NCBI GenBank assembly: GCA_029251005.1
Contig: JAQXEE010000130.1
Location: 3,328-67,327 of the forward strand
Reading direction: 5' to 3'
DNA from: Flavobacteriales bacterium
Lineage (GTDB): Bacteria; Bacteroidota; Bacteroidia; Flavobacteriales_C; GCA-002722245
DNA: 64,000 nt
Shown here: one piece after another, positions 1-10,433 of the stretch
How the letters are laid out: every line of letters begins with the position of its first letter
Numbering within the stretch: position 1 is the stretch's first letter
Translations under genes and position numbers: made by a program
Notes under the pieces: generated by a model
What the model saw: the letters and a program-made list of their open reading frames with translations, nothing else
Databases searched by the model: none
Told to the model about the DNA's origin: nothing

Positions 1-1439
<1,439 letters not shown>

Positions 1440-1455
1440 ACGAATTTTAAAAAAT

Positions 1456-1492
1456 AAAAAGGGTAAGATTATTTTTCATCTTACCCTTTTTT
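1456..1492 (+). terminator. rho-independent terminator after eno
   Basis: aaaaagGGTAAGATtatttttcATCTTACCcttttttt: GC-containing stem followed by a T-run. Confidence 0.6.
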
Positions 1493-1609
1493 TATGTTAA
1501 AAAATACTTTTGAAAGTATACTAACACTACTTTAATCTTGTAGGAAAAATTAGGATATGATTTCGTCTTGATAAAGTTATACTAAACTAGAATTGAGTAA
1601 CTTTAGTCT

Positions 1610-2035
1610 ATGACGAAGGGAAGACGATTTTTTATATTTTTTTCAAGTGCAGGAATAATGACTTTTTTTTTATTTTTCACTCTTGCTTCAAGGAGCGATA
1701 AGCCACTTGAGAAATATATGCAATGGACTCCAAATCAAAAAGTTCTTTCGAATATTTTGGAAAGGACAAATCCTAAAAATGAAGTTTTCCCAAAAAGAGT
1801 TGATCTTTTAGAATCCACAAAACAGAAAGTTGAAAAGCTTAATGTTACTGAATTGGAAGTTTTACATTCCTTAAGAGAGGGGGACGTTGAGTTTTTTCAT
1901 AAACTAACTTTGCCTCGTCAAAAACCAAAACAATATTATATTTTAATTGAAATTGGAAATATAGAATACTTTGCTCTTATCAAAGTACATCAAAATTATA
2001 GTGATATTATTGATTTCGGAATAGTAGAAGATTAA
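1610..2035 (+). CDS. hypothetical protein with N-terminal hydrophobic segment
   Basis: 141-aa ORF; N-terminal FFIFFSSAGIMTFFLFFTL looks like a TM helix or signal peptide; no recognisable family. Confidence 0.35.
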   Translation: MTKGRRFFIFFSSAGIMTFFLFFTLASRSDKPLEKYMQWTPNQKVLSNILERTNPKNEVFPKRVDLLESTKQKVEKLNVTELEVLHSLREGDVEFFHKLTLPRQKPKQYYILIEIGNIEYFALIKVHQNYSDIIDFGIVED

Positions 2036-2300
2036 TTTGATGAAAAATATAGGTTAATTTCTCATTTTATGTATTCAATTTAAGCATATTGTTGCAAAAT
2101 AATAACCTTCTAATTTCCTTATTCTGACATGCTTTTAAGAAGTTTCTTAAACAAGAATAAGTTCAAACAGATTTTTCATTTTTCAGTGAGATATTACTAC
2201 AAATTAGTATTATTTCACTTATAAGTATCTTGCTTAATGCAATTATTACTTATTTAAATTTAAGGATTAACATTTTTATTTTCCAATAAAGATAAGTTTA

Positions 2301-2342
2301 CAAAACTATGACTACTATTTCTCTTAATAAGTGATAGTTTTG
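2301..2342 (+). promoter_or_regulatory. putative Bacteroidota-type promoter -7 element (TAGTTTTG, 2335-2342) for hemE, embedded in a 9-bp perfect inverted repeat (caaaactat N24 atagttttg)
   Basis: TAnnTTTG motif 17 nt upstream of the hemE ATG; the inverted repeat arms at 2301-2309 and 2334-2342 are read directly from the sequence. Confidence 0.3.
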
Positions 2343-2359
2343 CATCAAATTCATAATTT

Positions 2360-3382
2360 ATGACTTACCATAACGATCTTATTATTAGAGCTGCGAAAGG
2401 TGAATTAGTTGAAAGGACACCAGTTTGGTTAATGCGTCAAGCAGGAAGAATTTTAAAAGAATATCGTGATGTACGTTCTAAACTTTCTGGGTTTAAGGAG
2501 TTGGTAGAAACCCCTGAATTAGCAGCCGAAGTTACTATTCAACCTGTTGATTTATTAGGTGTAGATGCGGCTATAATTTTCAGTGACATTCTAGTTGTCC
2601 CAGAAGCAATGGGCTTAACATATGAAATGATTGAACAAAAAGGACCGCATTTTCCTAAAACAATTCAAACAGAAAAAGATTTAGATGCTTTAATAATTCC
2701 TGATGCCTATGAAAGTTTGGCATATACACTAGACGCCATAAAAATCACAAAAAAAGAACTCGCAGGTAGAGTGCCTATTATTGGTTTTGCAGGAGCACCT
2801 TGGACGATTTTTTCCTATATGGTTGAAGGAGGCGGAAGTAAAACGTTTTCTAAAGCAAAAAAAATGTTGTACACGAATCCAACACTTTCTCATACTTTAT
2901 TAAGTAAAATAACACAAACAACGATCGCATATCTTAGGGCTCAAATTGTAAGTGGTGTTGAAATAGTTCAGGTATTTGATAGTTGGGCCGGAATATTATC
3001 AGAAGAGCAATACAAAGAGTTTGCGTTACCGTATATTAAGCAAATTTGTGATGCTATTAATAATGTTCCCGTAACTATTTTTGCAAAAGGAGCATATTTC
3101 GTTAGAAAAGAAATCGCTGCATTAAATTGCAGAACAATTGGATTAGATTGGAATATGGATCCAATTGAGTCAAGAAAAATTATTGGTACCGATAAAACAC
3201 TCCAAGGAAACCTTGATCCATGTGTTTTATATTCAGATTTCAAAACAATTGAAAGGAAAACAAAAGCAATGTTGGATCAATATAAAGAAGGTCCTCATAT
3301 CGCTAATCTTGGTCATGGAGTTTATCCAGATATTACACCAGATGCTGTTCGCTGTTTTGTTGAGACAGTAAAAGCATATTAA
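2360..3382 (+). CDS. hemE: uroporphyrinogen decarboxylase
   Basis: [30 protein letters not shown]... is the canonical HemE N-terminus; length 340 aa. Confidence 0.9.
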   Translation: MTYHNDLIIRAAKGELVERTPVWLMRQAGRILKEYRDVRSKLSGFKELVETPELAAEVTIQPVDLLGVDAAIIFSDILVVPEAMGLTYEMIEQKGPHFPKTIQTEKDLDALIIPDAYESLAYTLDAIKITKKELAGRVPIIGFAGAPWTIFSYMVEGGGSKTFSKAKKMLYTNPTLSHTLLSKITQTTIAYLRAQIVSGVEIVQVFDSWAGILSEEQYKEFALPYIKQICDAINNVPVTIFAKGAYFVRKEIAALNCRTIGLDWNMDPIESRKIIGTDKTLQGNLDPCVLYSDFKTIERKTKAMLDQYKEGPHIANLGHGVYPDITPDAVRCFVETVKAY

Positions 3383-3475
3383 ATTTAGGAGAAATTCCGT
3401 TTGTTAAAATGACTAGTTTTTATTTTTTTTTAAGAACTGAAATTCTCTGTGAATTAATTTTTTATATCTTAAGCA

Positions 3476-4789
3476 ATGGCGAACAATATATCAAAACAAA
3501 AGCAAATTAAAGGATGGGTGATGTTCGATTGGGCAAATTCAGCCTATAATTTGGTTATCGTTTCTACAATATTCCCTGGAGTTTTTAAAAATTTTTTACC
3601 TAAGGAAGTTTCGTTTTTAGGGATACATTTTGAGTCTTCAGACTCACTTTATACTTACGCTCTTTGTTTTTCTTACTTAATCATTAGTATAATGACTCCT
3701 GTACTTTCAGGGATTGCTGATTTTGGAGGTTATAAAAAGCGTTACATGCAATTTTTTAGTACAATGGGATCATTGGCATGTATTAGTTTATATTTTTTTG
3801 ATAGTCAAAATGTTTGGATTGGAGTGTTTGGAGCTATTATAGCAAGTATTGGTTTTGGTGGAAGTTTAGTTTTTTATAATGGGTTTTTATCTGAGCTCGT
3901 TCCTAAAAAATTACACGATAAAGTTAGTGCTAAAGGTTTTTCATTCGGATATTTAGGGTCATCTTTATTATTGATAGTAATTATCGTTTTGTCAAAACTT
4001 AAGGGACTTTTTAATGTTGAAGCTATTGAGATATTTAGGTTTGGTTTCGTATTAGTTGGATTATGGTGGTTTGGTTGGGCTCGTTGGACATTTAGTGTTT
4101 TACCAAACGGAGTGAAAAGTGATTTGCCGAAGATACAACTGGCAAAAAAAGGTTTCAATGAGTTAAGAAAAGTTTGGGGTCAAATAAAAGAGCTTCCTAG
4201 ATTGAAACGATTTCTGTCCGCATTTTTCATTGTAGATTTAGGAGTTCAAACAATTGTAATTATTGCGCCATTATTTGCAATAAACGTATTTAAATTAGAC
4301 AGTAGTGAGTTGATTATAATTGTTTTAATAATGCAATTTGTTGGTATTGCTGGAGCTGCTATTTTTTCAAAAATATCGAAAAATAAAGGTAATATTTTCA
4401 GTTTAAGCACTGCAACTGTAGTGTATTTGTTTTTATGTGTATTAGCCTGTGTAGCAAACCAAGAATGGATGATTTACCTTATTGCAGGTCTGATTGGATT
4501 TGCGATGGGAGGTATTCAATCCTTATTTAGATCAACATATTCCAAACTTTTACCAGAAACTGATGATCATGCATCTTTTTTCAGTTTTTATGATATAACG
4601 GAGAAAATTTCGATTGTAGTAGGGACATTTGTTTATGCAAGTGTTGCAATTTTAGCTTCTGAAATGAATAGTGGATTTGCTGAACGAATAGGAGTAGCAA
4701 TCTTGGGGCTGTTCTTCATTATAGGTTTAATCTTACTAAGGAGGCTGAATAAATTTAAATCTTTAGATCCACTCGAGGAACTAATATAA
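3476..4789 (+). CDS. MFS-type transporter (UMF1-like), about 12 TM segments
   Basis: 437 aa, highly hydrophobic with repeated TM helices; 'MFDWANSAYN' start is typical of the UMF1 subfamily. Confidence 0.7.
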   Translation: MANNISKQKQIKGWVMFDWANSAYNLVIVSTIFPGVFKNFLPKEVSFLGIHFESSDSLYTYALCFSYLIISIMTPVLSGIADFGGYKKRYMQFFSTMGSLACISLYFFDSQNVWIGVFGAIIASIGFGGSLVFYNGFLSELVPKKLHDKVSAKGFSFGYLGSSLLLIVIIVLSKLKGLFNVEAIEIFRFGFVLVGLWWFGWARWTFSVLPNGVKSDLPKIQLAKKGFNELRKVWGQIKELPRLKRFLSAFFIVDLGVQTIVIIAPLFAINVFKLDSSELIIIVLIMQFVGIAGAAIFSKISKNKGNIFSLSTATVVYLFLCVLACVANQEWMIYLIAGLIGFAMGGIQSLFRSTYSKLLPETDDHASFFSFYDITEKISIVVGTFVYASVAILASEMNSGFAERIGVAILGLFFIIGLILLRRLNKFKSLDPLEELI

Positions 4790-4790
4790 T

Positions 4791-5470
4791 TTGAGTGATC
4801 GTTTAGATTTTGCAATTGTTGGAGCTGGAATTTTAAGGATATCATAAGCTCATAAATTGCAAATACAACATCCTAAAATAACTATTGTTGTCTTTGAAAA
4901 AGATGCTATTCTAGCAGATCAATAAACAGGGAGTAACTTAGGATTGATTCATAGTGGATTGTATTATAAGCCAGGAAGTAAAAAGGCTGAATTTATTCAG
5001 TTCCCAATCCTGATTTTCCTTTTCTTGGACTACACTTTACAAGGATGTTAACCGGAGGTGTGGAATGCGGACCAAATTCTGTTTTCTCGTTTAAACGAGA
5101 AGGATATAAATGGGATGATTTTAGTTTGACTGATTCTTTTTATTCATTGACTTACAAAGGTTCGTGGAAGTTTTTTGGCCGTCATTGGAAACAAGGATTG
5201 AAAGAGTACAAATGAGCTTATTCAAAAAAACTATTTTTAGAAACGCTTCAAAAGATAATTCCATCATTAGAAATGGATGACATACAATCTGCAAGAGGAG
5301 GAGTAATATCTTAAGCTTTAGATGTGGATGGGAACTTAGTTTACGATTTAAAAATTGAAGAAAACGGTAATCATTTCCATGTGTTAAATACACCATCTCC
5401 CGCTGCTACTGCATGCTTAAGTATTGGACAATATATTTGCGATACAGTAAGTTATAAGGTTAATTCGTAA
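4791..5470 (+). pseudogene. lhgO: remnant of L-2-hydroxyglutarate oxidase / FAD-dependent oxidoreductase (LhgO-like) with two in-frame TAA codons, frameshifts and an internal deletion
   Basis: LSDRLDFAIVGAGILRIS*AHKLQIQHPKITIVVFEKDAILADQ*TGSNLGLIHSGLYYKPGSKKAEF matches the LhgO FAD-binding N-terminus (DFxIIGGGIVGLS...[23 protein letters not shown]). In another frame, MLTGGVECGPNSVFSFKREGYKWDDF...HVLNTPSPAATACLSIGQYI matches the LhgO C-terminus. The total is only about 220 codons instead of about 400. Confidence 0.7.
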
Positions 5471-7157
5471 GCTTACTCATTAAAGTAAGAAGGAGAATTC
5501 CGTCAGCAAGCCCTCCAATGGTCGTTTCCATTGTTTGAAAGTCTGTAGCATCATCAAAAAAAACGACTTTTTGTGTATTAAACATTTCCAATTCGTAACT
5601 CTCTTTTGATAAGTCAAACCATTTAACATTTTCTAAATGGCCCTCTAAATCCCCAGGACCTTCCGCTATTGCACCAGTCGGAAAAAGTTCAGGTTGTAGA
5701 TAATAAGTTTGAGAGTAAATGTTTTGAACCGAATTAGGAAGTTGCTTGGAGGCAAGGAATGATACTCCCCAATTATTTTTCCCGAATGTGTAATCAATAA
5801 CGTTATATGCCATTTCTAAGTATGCGCTGTCTTTTACAATGTCATTATGCAAAATAGATGCAGAGGCAACCCCAAAAAAGGAATACAAAGATCCCCAAGT
5901 ATAGGCATGAGGAATCCTCCAGATATTATTCTCTTGTTTAGCTGTTCCAGCAAATCCATTTAAATCTGAAATTAGAAATTGTTTGCTTCTAGGGTAGAAT
6001 TCGCTTGATCTTGCATGAGCCACCATATTAAAATCAGACCAAGAAGCCCAATATCCAACTCCAGCCATCGAACTATAATATTTAATTTTTTGAACGTAGA
6101 AATCGTTCTGTGTAGTTTTAGCTAACTCTGCTGCTGCTAATAGTAAATTATCATATCCGTTTTTATCAGCATAAAAAATCTCATGTCCTTTCTGAAACCA
6201 ATAAGACTCTTTATATTTTAGAGCAAGTTTAAATAGAGCTTCAGACTTGTTTAAGTACTTTTTAGATAGTGTAGAATCAATTCCCTTAAAAACCCTTGAG
6301 GCAATAGAAAAAGCAGCTGACGTGTAAGCTAAATGTGGTTTTGATAAAGAAGTGTATGCATATCTATGCGGGTTTGTATCATCAATAGGTAATCGAATTC
6401 CAAGCTCATGGTCTCTGTTATCTCCTATTTGAATTACAAAAATTGAATCATTCACGTAACATCTTTCTAAAAAATCTAATCCAAACTTAGCTTCGTCCAA
6501 AAGGTCATTTAAGTCGGATTTAGATTCGTTTTTAAACTGTAAAACAGCAGGATTCTCCTCATATGCACTCAGCAATAAGTATGTAGTATAGGCATTCGTT
6601 AAATTGAATTTTAAGTAATCCCCAGCGTCATACCAACCACCAATTACGTTCGCAGTCTTTTTTTGAGGATGTTCATACCATTTATTTTTTTCTTTTACTT
6701 GTAAATAAAGCGTTGAGGCACTGTCTGATAAATGCCCTGGTTTTTTGTCAACCACACCAAAAGAACCGCTTCTTTGTTGTCTTAAATATCTTAAAACATT
6801 TGGTATAAAGATAGCGTATGGATTTTCCTCAATTTTAAAATGATGTATTTGATCATTTATTTTGAAATCATAATCTCCTGATTGTTCAATTGACGAAAAA
6901 TTAACAGTATAATTAAAGTTGAAACTCGTGTGATCACCTTTTTTGGTAATGGATTTTAGTAATTGACCATTACTAATACTTGAATCACCTTTTAAAATTT
7001 CCCATTTTAAACCATTTAGAGAGTAGTCTGCATTAATGATAAAGTTCTTTGGAGCTTTATTCATATAGCCAGCCTGATTATATCTTACGTATATTTTTTG
7101 TGCATTTATTGAAAACGTTAATATACTTAAAATGAAAACATACGATATGAATTTCAT
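5460..7157 (-). CDS. secreted glycoside hydrolase family 9 (endoglucanase-like) with N-terminal Ig-like domain
   Basis: Signal peptide MKFISYVFILSILTFSINA; the GGWYDAGDYLKF motif is the GH9 signature. Confidence 0.7.
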   Translation of the reverse strand: MKFISYVFILSILTFSINAQKIYVRYNQAGYMNKAPKNFIINADYSLNGLKWEILKGDSSISNGQLLKSITKKGDHTSFNFNYTVNFSSIEQSGDYDFKINDQIHHFKIEENPYAIFIPNVLRYLRQQRSGSFGVVDKKPGHLSDSASTLYLQVKEKNKWYEHPQKKTANVIGGWYDAGDYLKFNLTNAYTTYLLLSAYEENPAVLQFKNESKSDLNDLLDEAKFGLDFLERCYVNDSIFVIQIGDNRDHELGIRLPIDDTNPHRYAYTSLSKPHLAYTSAAFSIASRVFKGIDSTLSKKYLNKSEALFKLALKYKESYWFQKGHEIFYADKNGYDNLLLAAAELAKTTQNDFYVQKIKYYSSMAGVGYWASWSDFNMVAHARSSEFYPRSKQFLISDLNGFAGTAKQENNIWRIPHAYTWGSLYSFFGVASASILHNDIVKDSAYLEMAYNVIDYTFGKNNWGVSFLASKQLPNSVQNIYSQTYYLQPELFPTGAIAEGPGDLEGHLENVKWFDLSKESYELEMFNTQKVVFFDDATDFQTMETTIGGLADGILLLTLMSKLTN

Positions 7158-7189
7158 AATTATTGAATTATAAATGGAGTGTGAAGATA

Positions 7190-7756
7190 TTAAAAAGTGT
7201 AAATTTCATGACTCGTAATACAATGTGTAAGACAAATGTCATGCTCATTAACGTCTTTAATTTCAATAATGGGATCAAAAAGAGATAAACCTACTTTATA
7301 AGACTTAGGATTTATAAGATTGAAAAAACGATCGTAAAAACCTTTACCGTATCCAACTCTGAATCCATTTAAATCAAATGCTAAGAGTGGAGTAATCACA
7401 AAATCTATAATTTCATCGTTCACAATACTAGGATTAATCGGTTCGGGAATATTATATTTTTTAGCGGTGAGTAGAGTGTTGAAGTTAAAATTAGCCGATT
7501 TCATAGTGTTATCAGAAAAGTTGGTTACGGGAACTACAACTTGAATGTCTTGAGATAAACAAAACTCAATTATAGGAAAAGTATTTATTTCCAATTTTGA
7601 TTCAATTGGTAAAAAGCAATGAACACATTTAGGTTGAACTTGAGTTATTAATTCAATTGTTTTTTTAATTAATAATTTTGTTCTTTTTTCAAAATCGTCG
7701 TAATTCAGCAAATTACGTCGGTTAGAAAAAGATTTTCTGATCAATTCTTTTCTCAA
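7190..7756 (-). CDS. 5-formyltetrahydrofolate cyclo-ligase
   Basis: GYGKGFYDRFF motif and the size (188 aa) match the MTHFS family. Confidence 0.75.
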   Translation of the reverse strand: MRKELIRKSFSNRRNLLNYDDFEKRTKLLIKKTIELITQVQPKCVHCFLPIESKLEINTFPIIEFCLSQDIQVVVPVTNFSDNTMKSANFNFNTLLTAKKYNIPEPINPSIVNDEIIDFVITPLLAFDLNGFRVGYGKGFYDRFFNLINPKSYKVGLSLFDPIIEIKDVNEHDICLTHCITSHEIYTF

Positions 7757-7878
7757 TTTGACTTTTTTTTAAACTAAATATAAAAATACTTCAATAATTT
7801 TGTTTTTATCACACTTCTTTTATTACATTATAGAAGTGATATTTTGACAAGAATCCTGTCAATCCTAAAAAAAGAAGA

Positions 7879-8340
7879 ATGACTGAATTAAAAGAGGGAG
7901 ATAAAGCCCCAGAATTTAAAGGAGTAATAGAGAACGGAACACCCGTATCGTTGGCTGATTATAAAGGGAAGAAGTTAGTTCTTTACTTTTATCCAAAAGA
8001 TAATACACCAGGATGTACAGCTCAAGCATGTAACTTAACAGAAAATCAAAGCGAATTGCAAAAAAACGGTTTTGAAGTCTTAGGTGTAAGTGCAGATACC
8101 GAGAAAAAACATCAAAACTTTATTGCAAAGTATTCTTTAGGATTTTCATTAATTGCAGATGAAGAAAAAGAAGTGATTAATGCTTTCGGTGTTTGGGGAC
8201 CTAAAAAGTTTATGGGACGTGAATATGATGGAATTCATAGAATAACATTCGTAATCAACGAAGAGGGAATTATAGAAAGGATCTTTAAAAAAGTAAAGAC
8301 AAAAGATCATACAAATCAAATTTTAGAATCATATAAATAA
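7879..8340 (+). CDS. bcp: thioredoxin-dependent peroxiredoxin Bcp
   Basis: YFYPKDNTPGCTAQAC peroxidatic Cys motif; 153 aa. Confidence 0.85.
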   Translation: MTELKEGDKAPEFKGVIENGTPVSLADYKGKKLVLYFYPKDNTPGCTAQACNLTENQSELQKNGFEVLGVSADTEKKHQNFIAKYSLGFSLIADEEKEVINAFGVWGPKKFMGREYDGIHRITFVINEEGIIERIFKKVKTKDHTNQILESYK

Positions 8341-8346
8341 AGGATC

Positions 8347-9351
8347 ATGGCAACAGACGTTAATAAAGAGAAGTTAAAAGCATTACAAATGACGATGGAT
8401 CGTTTGGATAAAGCATACGGTAAAGGAACTGTAATGCGTTTAGGAGACGATACGACTCAAGATGTTGAAGTTATTTCATCTGGATCTATAACAGTAGATT
8501 TAGCATTAGGAATAAGAGGTTTACCAAAAGGAAGAATTGTAGAGGTTTATGGACCAGAATCTTCTGGAAAAACAACATTAGCGATTCATGCAATTGCCGA
8601 AGCACAAAGGAAAGGAGGTATTTGTGCCATTGTTGATGCAGAACACGCGTTTGACAGGTCATACGCAGAAGCATTAGGTGTAAATACTGAAGAGCTTTTA
8701 ATATCTCAACCAGATAATGGAGAACAAGCTTTAGAGATTGCTGATAATTTAATTAGCTCTGGAGCAATTGATTTATTAGTTGTCGACTCTGTAGCTGCTT
8801 TAACTCCTAAAGCGGAGATTGAAGGTGATATGGGGGATTCAAGAATGGGGCTACAAGCTCGTTTAATGTCTCAAGCGTTAAGAAAGTTAACAGCTACGAT
8901 TAAGAAGAGTGGAACTTGTATGATTTTCATTAACCAGTTAAGAGAAAAGATAGGAGTTATGTTTGGTAACCCTGAAACAACTACTGGTGGAAATGCATTA
9001 AAGTTTTATGCTTCGATTCGAATTGATATTCGTCGAATCGGTCAAATTAAATCCGGTGACGAGGTTGTTGGAAATAGAACCAGAGTTAAGGTTGTTAAAA
9101 ATAAATTGGCAGCGCCTTTCAGAAAGGCTGAATTTGATATTATGTTTGGAGAAGGATTCTCTAAAGTTGGAGAAATCATTGATATAGGAGTTGAAAAAGA
9201 GATCATTAAAAAATCAGGATCTTGGTTTAGTTATGGTGATACAAAACTAGGTCAAGGAAGAGATTCCGTAAAAGGATTGCTGAAAGATAATCAAGAATTA
9301 GCGGATGAATTGGAGGCTAAGATATTTGAAGCAATTGAGAAAGGTGCATAA
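8347..9351 (+). CDS. recA: recombinase RecA
   Basis: [11 protein letters not shown] Walker A, ...[13 protein letters not shown]..., 334 aa; unmistakable RecA. Confidence 0.95.
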   Translation: MATDVNKEKLKALQMTMDRLDKAYGKGTVMRLGDDTTQDVEVISSGSITVDLALGIRGLPKGRIVEVYGPESSGKTTLAIHAIAEAQRKGGICAIVDAEHAFDRSYAEALGVNTEELLISQPDNGEQALEIADNLISSGAIDLLVVDSVAALTPKAEIEGDMGDSRMGLQARLMSQALRKLTATIKKSGTCMIFINQLREKIGVMFGNPETTTGGNALKFYASIRIDIRRIGQIKSGDEVVGNRTRVKVVKNKLAAPFRKAEFDIMFGEGFSKVGEIIDIGVEKEIIKKSGSWFSYGDTKLGQGRDSVKGLLKDNQELADELEAKIFEAIEKGA

Positions 9352-9375
9352 TTCATTTTAATGTAATATTTTTGG

Positions 9376-9404
9376 AAGGCGTTCAATTTGAACGCCTTTT
9401 TTAC
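9376..9404 (+). terminator. rho-independent terminator after recA
   Basis: GGCGTTCAAtttGAACGCC hairpin followed by TTTTTT. Confidence 0.6.
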
Positions 9405-9410
9405 TGCACT

Positions 9411-10376
9411 ATGATAAATAGTTTAAATTATAGTTTTTTTAAAATTCCCATTTTTTTTAGAAGTCTTCAGGATCTTCCCATTTCGCCGTTAAAAACATTT
9501 AATATCATTATTGTAGTATTTTTTTTAGTTGGTTGTTCTGATGATGCGGAGATTAAAAAGGTTAATCAGTTTTACATTGAAGGAAGTCAGTTTTTAGAAA
9601 AAGTAATTATAGATTCAGCATTATATTCTTTTAAATCGGTCTTAAAAATAGATTCTAATCATTTATTAGCAATAAACAGTTTAGCAGAAATTCATTTTAG
9701 AAAAATTGAAATACGGAAAGCATTAGATCTTTTTGAGAAATCGGTTTTGTTGGATTCAAGTAATGCAGAGATACATTTAAAAATTGCAGAGATCAAACTG
9801 TTTATGGGGGATTATAAAAAAGTCTTTGAGAACATTAATAAAGGCTTACGATTAAACAACCAGTTGTCACAAGGTTATTTTATGAAAGGAGTGGCCTATA
9901 AACATATTGGTGATACAATAAAGGCGATTTCTAGTTTTAAAACAGCGGTTGAATTGAACGATCAATTAACAGCAGTATATTATGAGTTGGGCTTAATTCT
10001 TACTTTGAAAAAAGACAGTAGTGCAATATTTTATTACAAGAATGGATTAGAGGTGGATCCTGTTAACCTAGATTTATTGTATAGTTTAGCTTGGAGCTAT
10101 TCTGAATTTGGAAAATTAAAGGAAGCTGAAGTAGTATACCAAGAATTGTTAACCCTTGATAAAAATTATTCATCTGCCAAGTTTAATTGGGCTATCATTA
10201 AGATGAATAAGTTGGAACATGATACTTGTCTCATATTGTTAAACGAACTTTTAGTCGCTGAGCCTTTAAATGAAGAGTTTTTAAACGTTAAAGGTAAGAC
10301 TTTAGAGTATTTAGGTCTATACGATGAGGCAAAAGCTGTTGCAAAACAATTAATATCTTTGAAGAAAGCAAAGTAA
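9411..10376 (+). CDS. tetratricopeptide (TPR) repeat protein, probably membrane-anchored or secreted
   Basis: Multiple TPR-like 34-aa units (AEIHFRKIEIRKALDLFEKSV..., YYELGLILTLKKD...); start moved to the first ATG after the recA terminator. Confidence 0.65.
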   Translation: MINSLNYSFFKIPIFFRSLQDLPISPLKTFNIIIVVFFLVGCSDDAEIKKVNQFYIEGSQFLEKVIIDSALYSFKSVLKIDSNHLLAINSLAEIHFRKIEIRKALDLFEKSVLLDSSNAEIHLKIAEIKLFMGDYKKVFENINKGLRLNNQLSQGYFMKGVAYKHIGDTIKAISSFKTAVELNDQLTAVYYELGLILTLKKDSSAIFYYKNGLEVDPVNLDLLYSLAWSYSEFGKLKEAEVVYQELLTLDKNYSSAKFNWAIIKMNKLEHDTCLILLNELLVAEPLNEEFLNVKGKTLEYLGLYDEAKAVAKQLISLKKAK

Positions 10377-10433
10377 TATATTGTTTTTCGTTAATCTAAA
10401 TGCTTATTTAATAAATTAGTTATTTTATTAATT

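Noticed and set aside
2968-3371. Track ORFs 2968-3243 (-) and 3165-3371 (+) inside hemE
   Set aside because: Fully embedded in the well-supported hemE reading frame; no independent signals; typical AT-rich spurious ORFs. The same applies to 3874-4158, 4633-4845, 8486-8674, 12523-12957, 17165-17380, 17869-18075, 19175-19360, 22943-23155, 24064-24252, 24700-24891, 27286-27504, 38095-38283, 39074-39265, 40800-41140, 41236-41547, 42284-42783, 45106-45327, 45648-46044, 49621-49812, 51694-51885, 52465-52725, 53537-53761, 54902-55153, 56731-56913, 57079-57306, 60114-60305 and 60807-61010.
5121-5396. 91-aa minus-strand ORF
   Set aside because: Lies antisense within the lhgO pseudogene remnant; no motif; likely non-coding.
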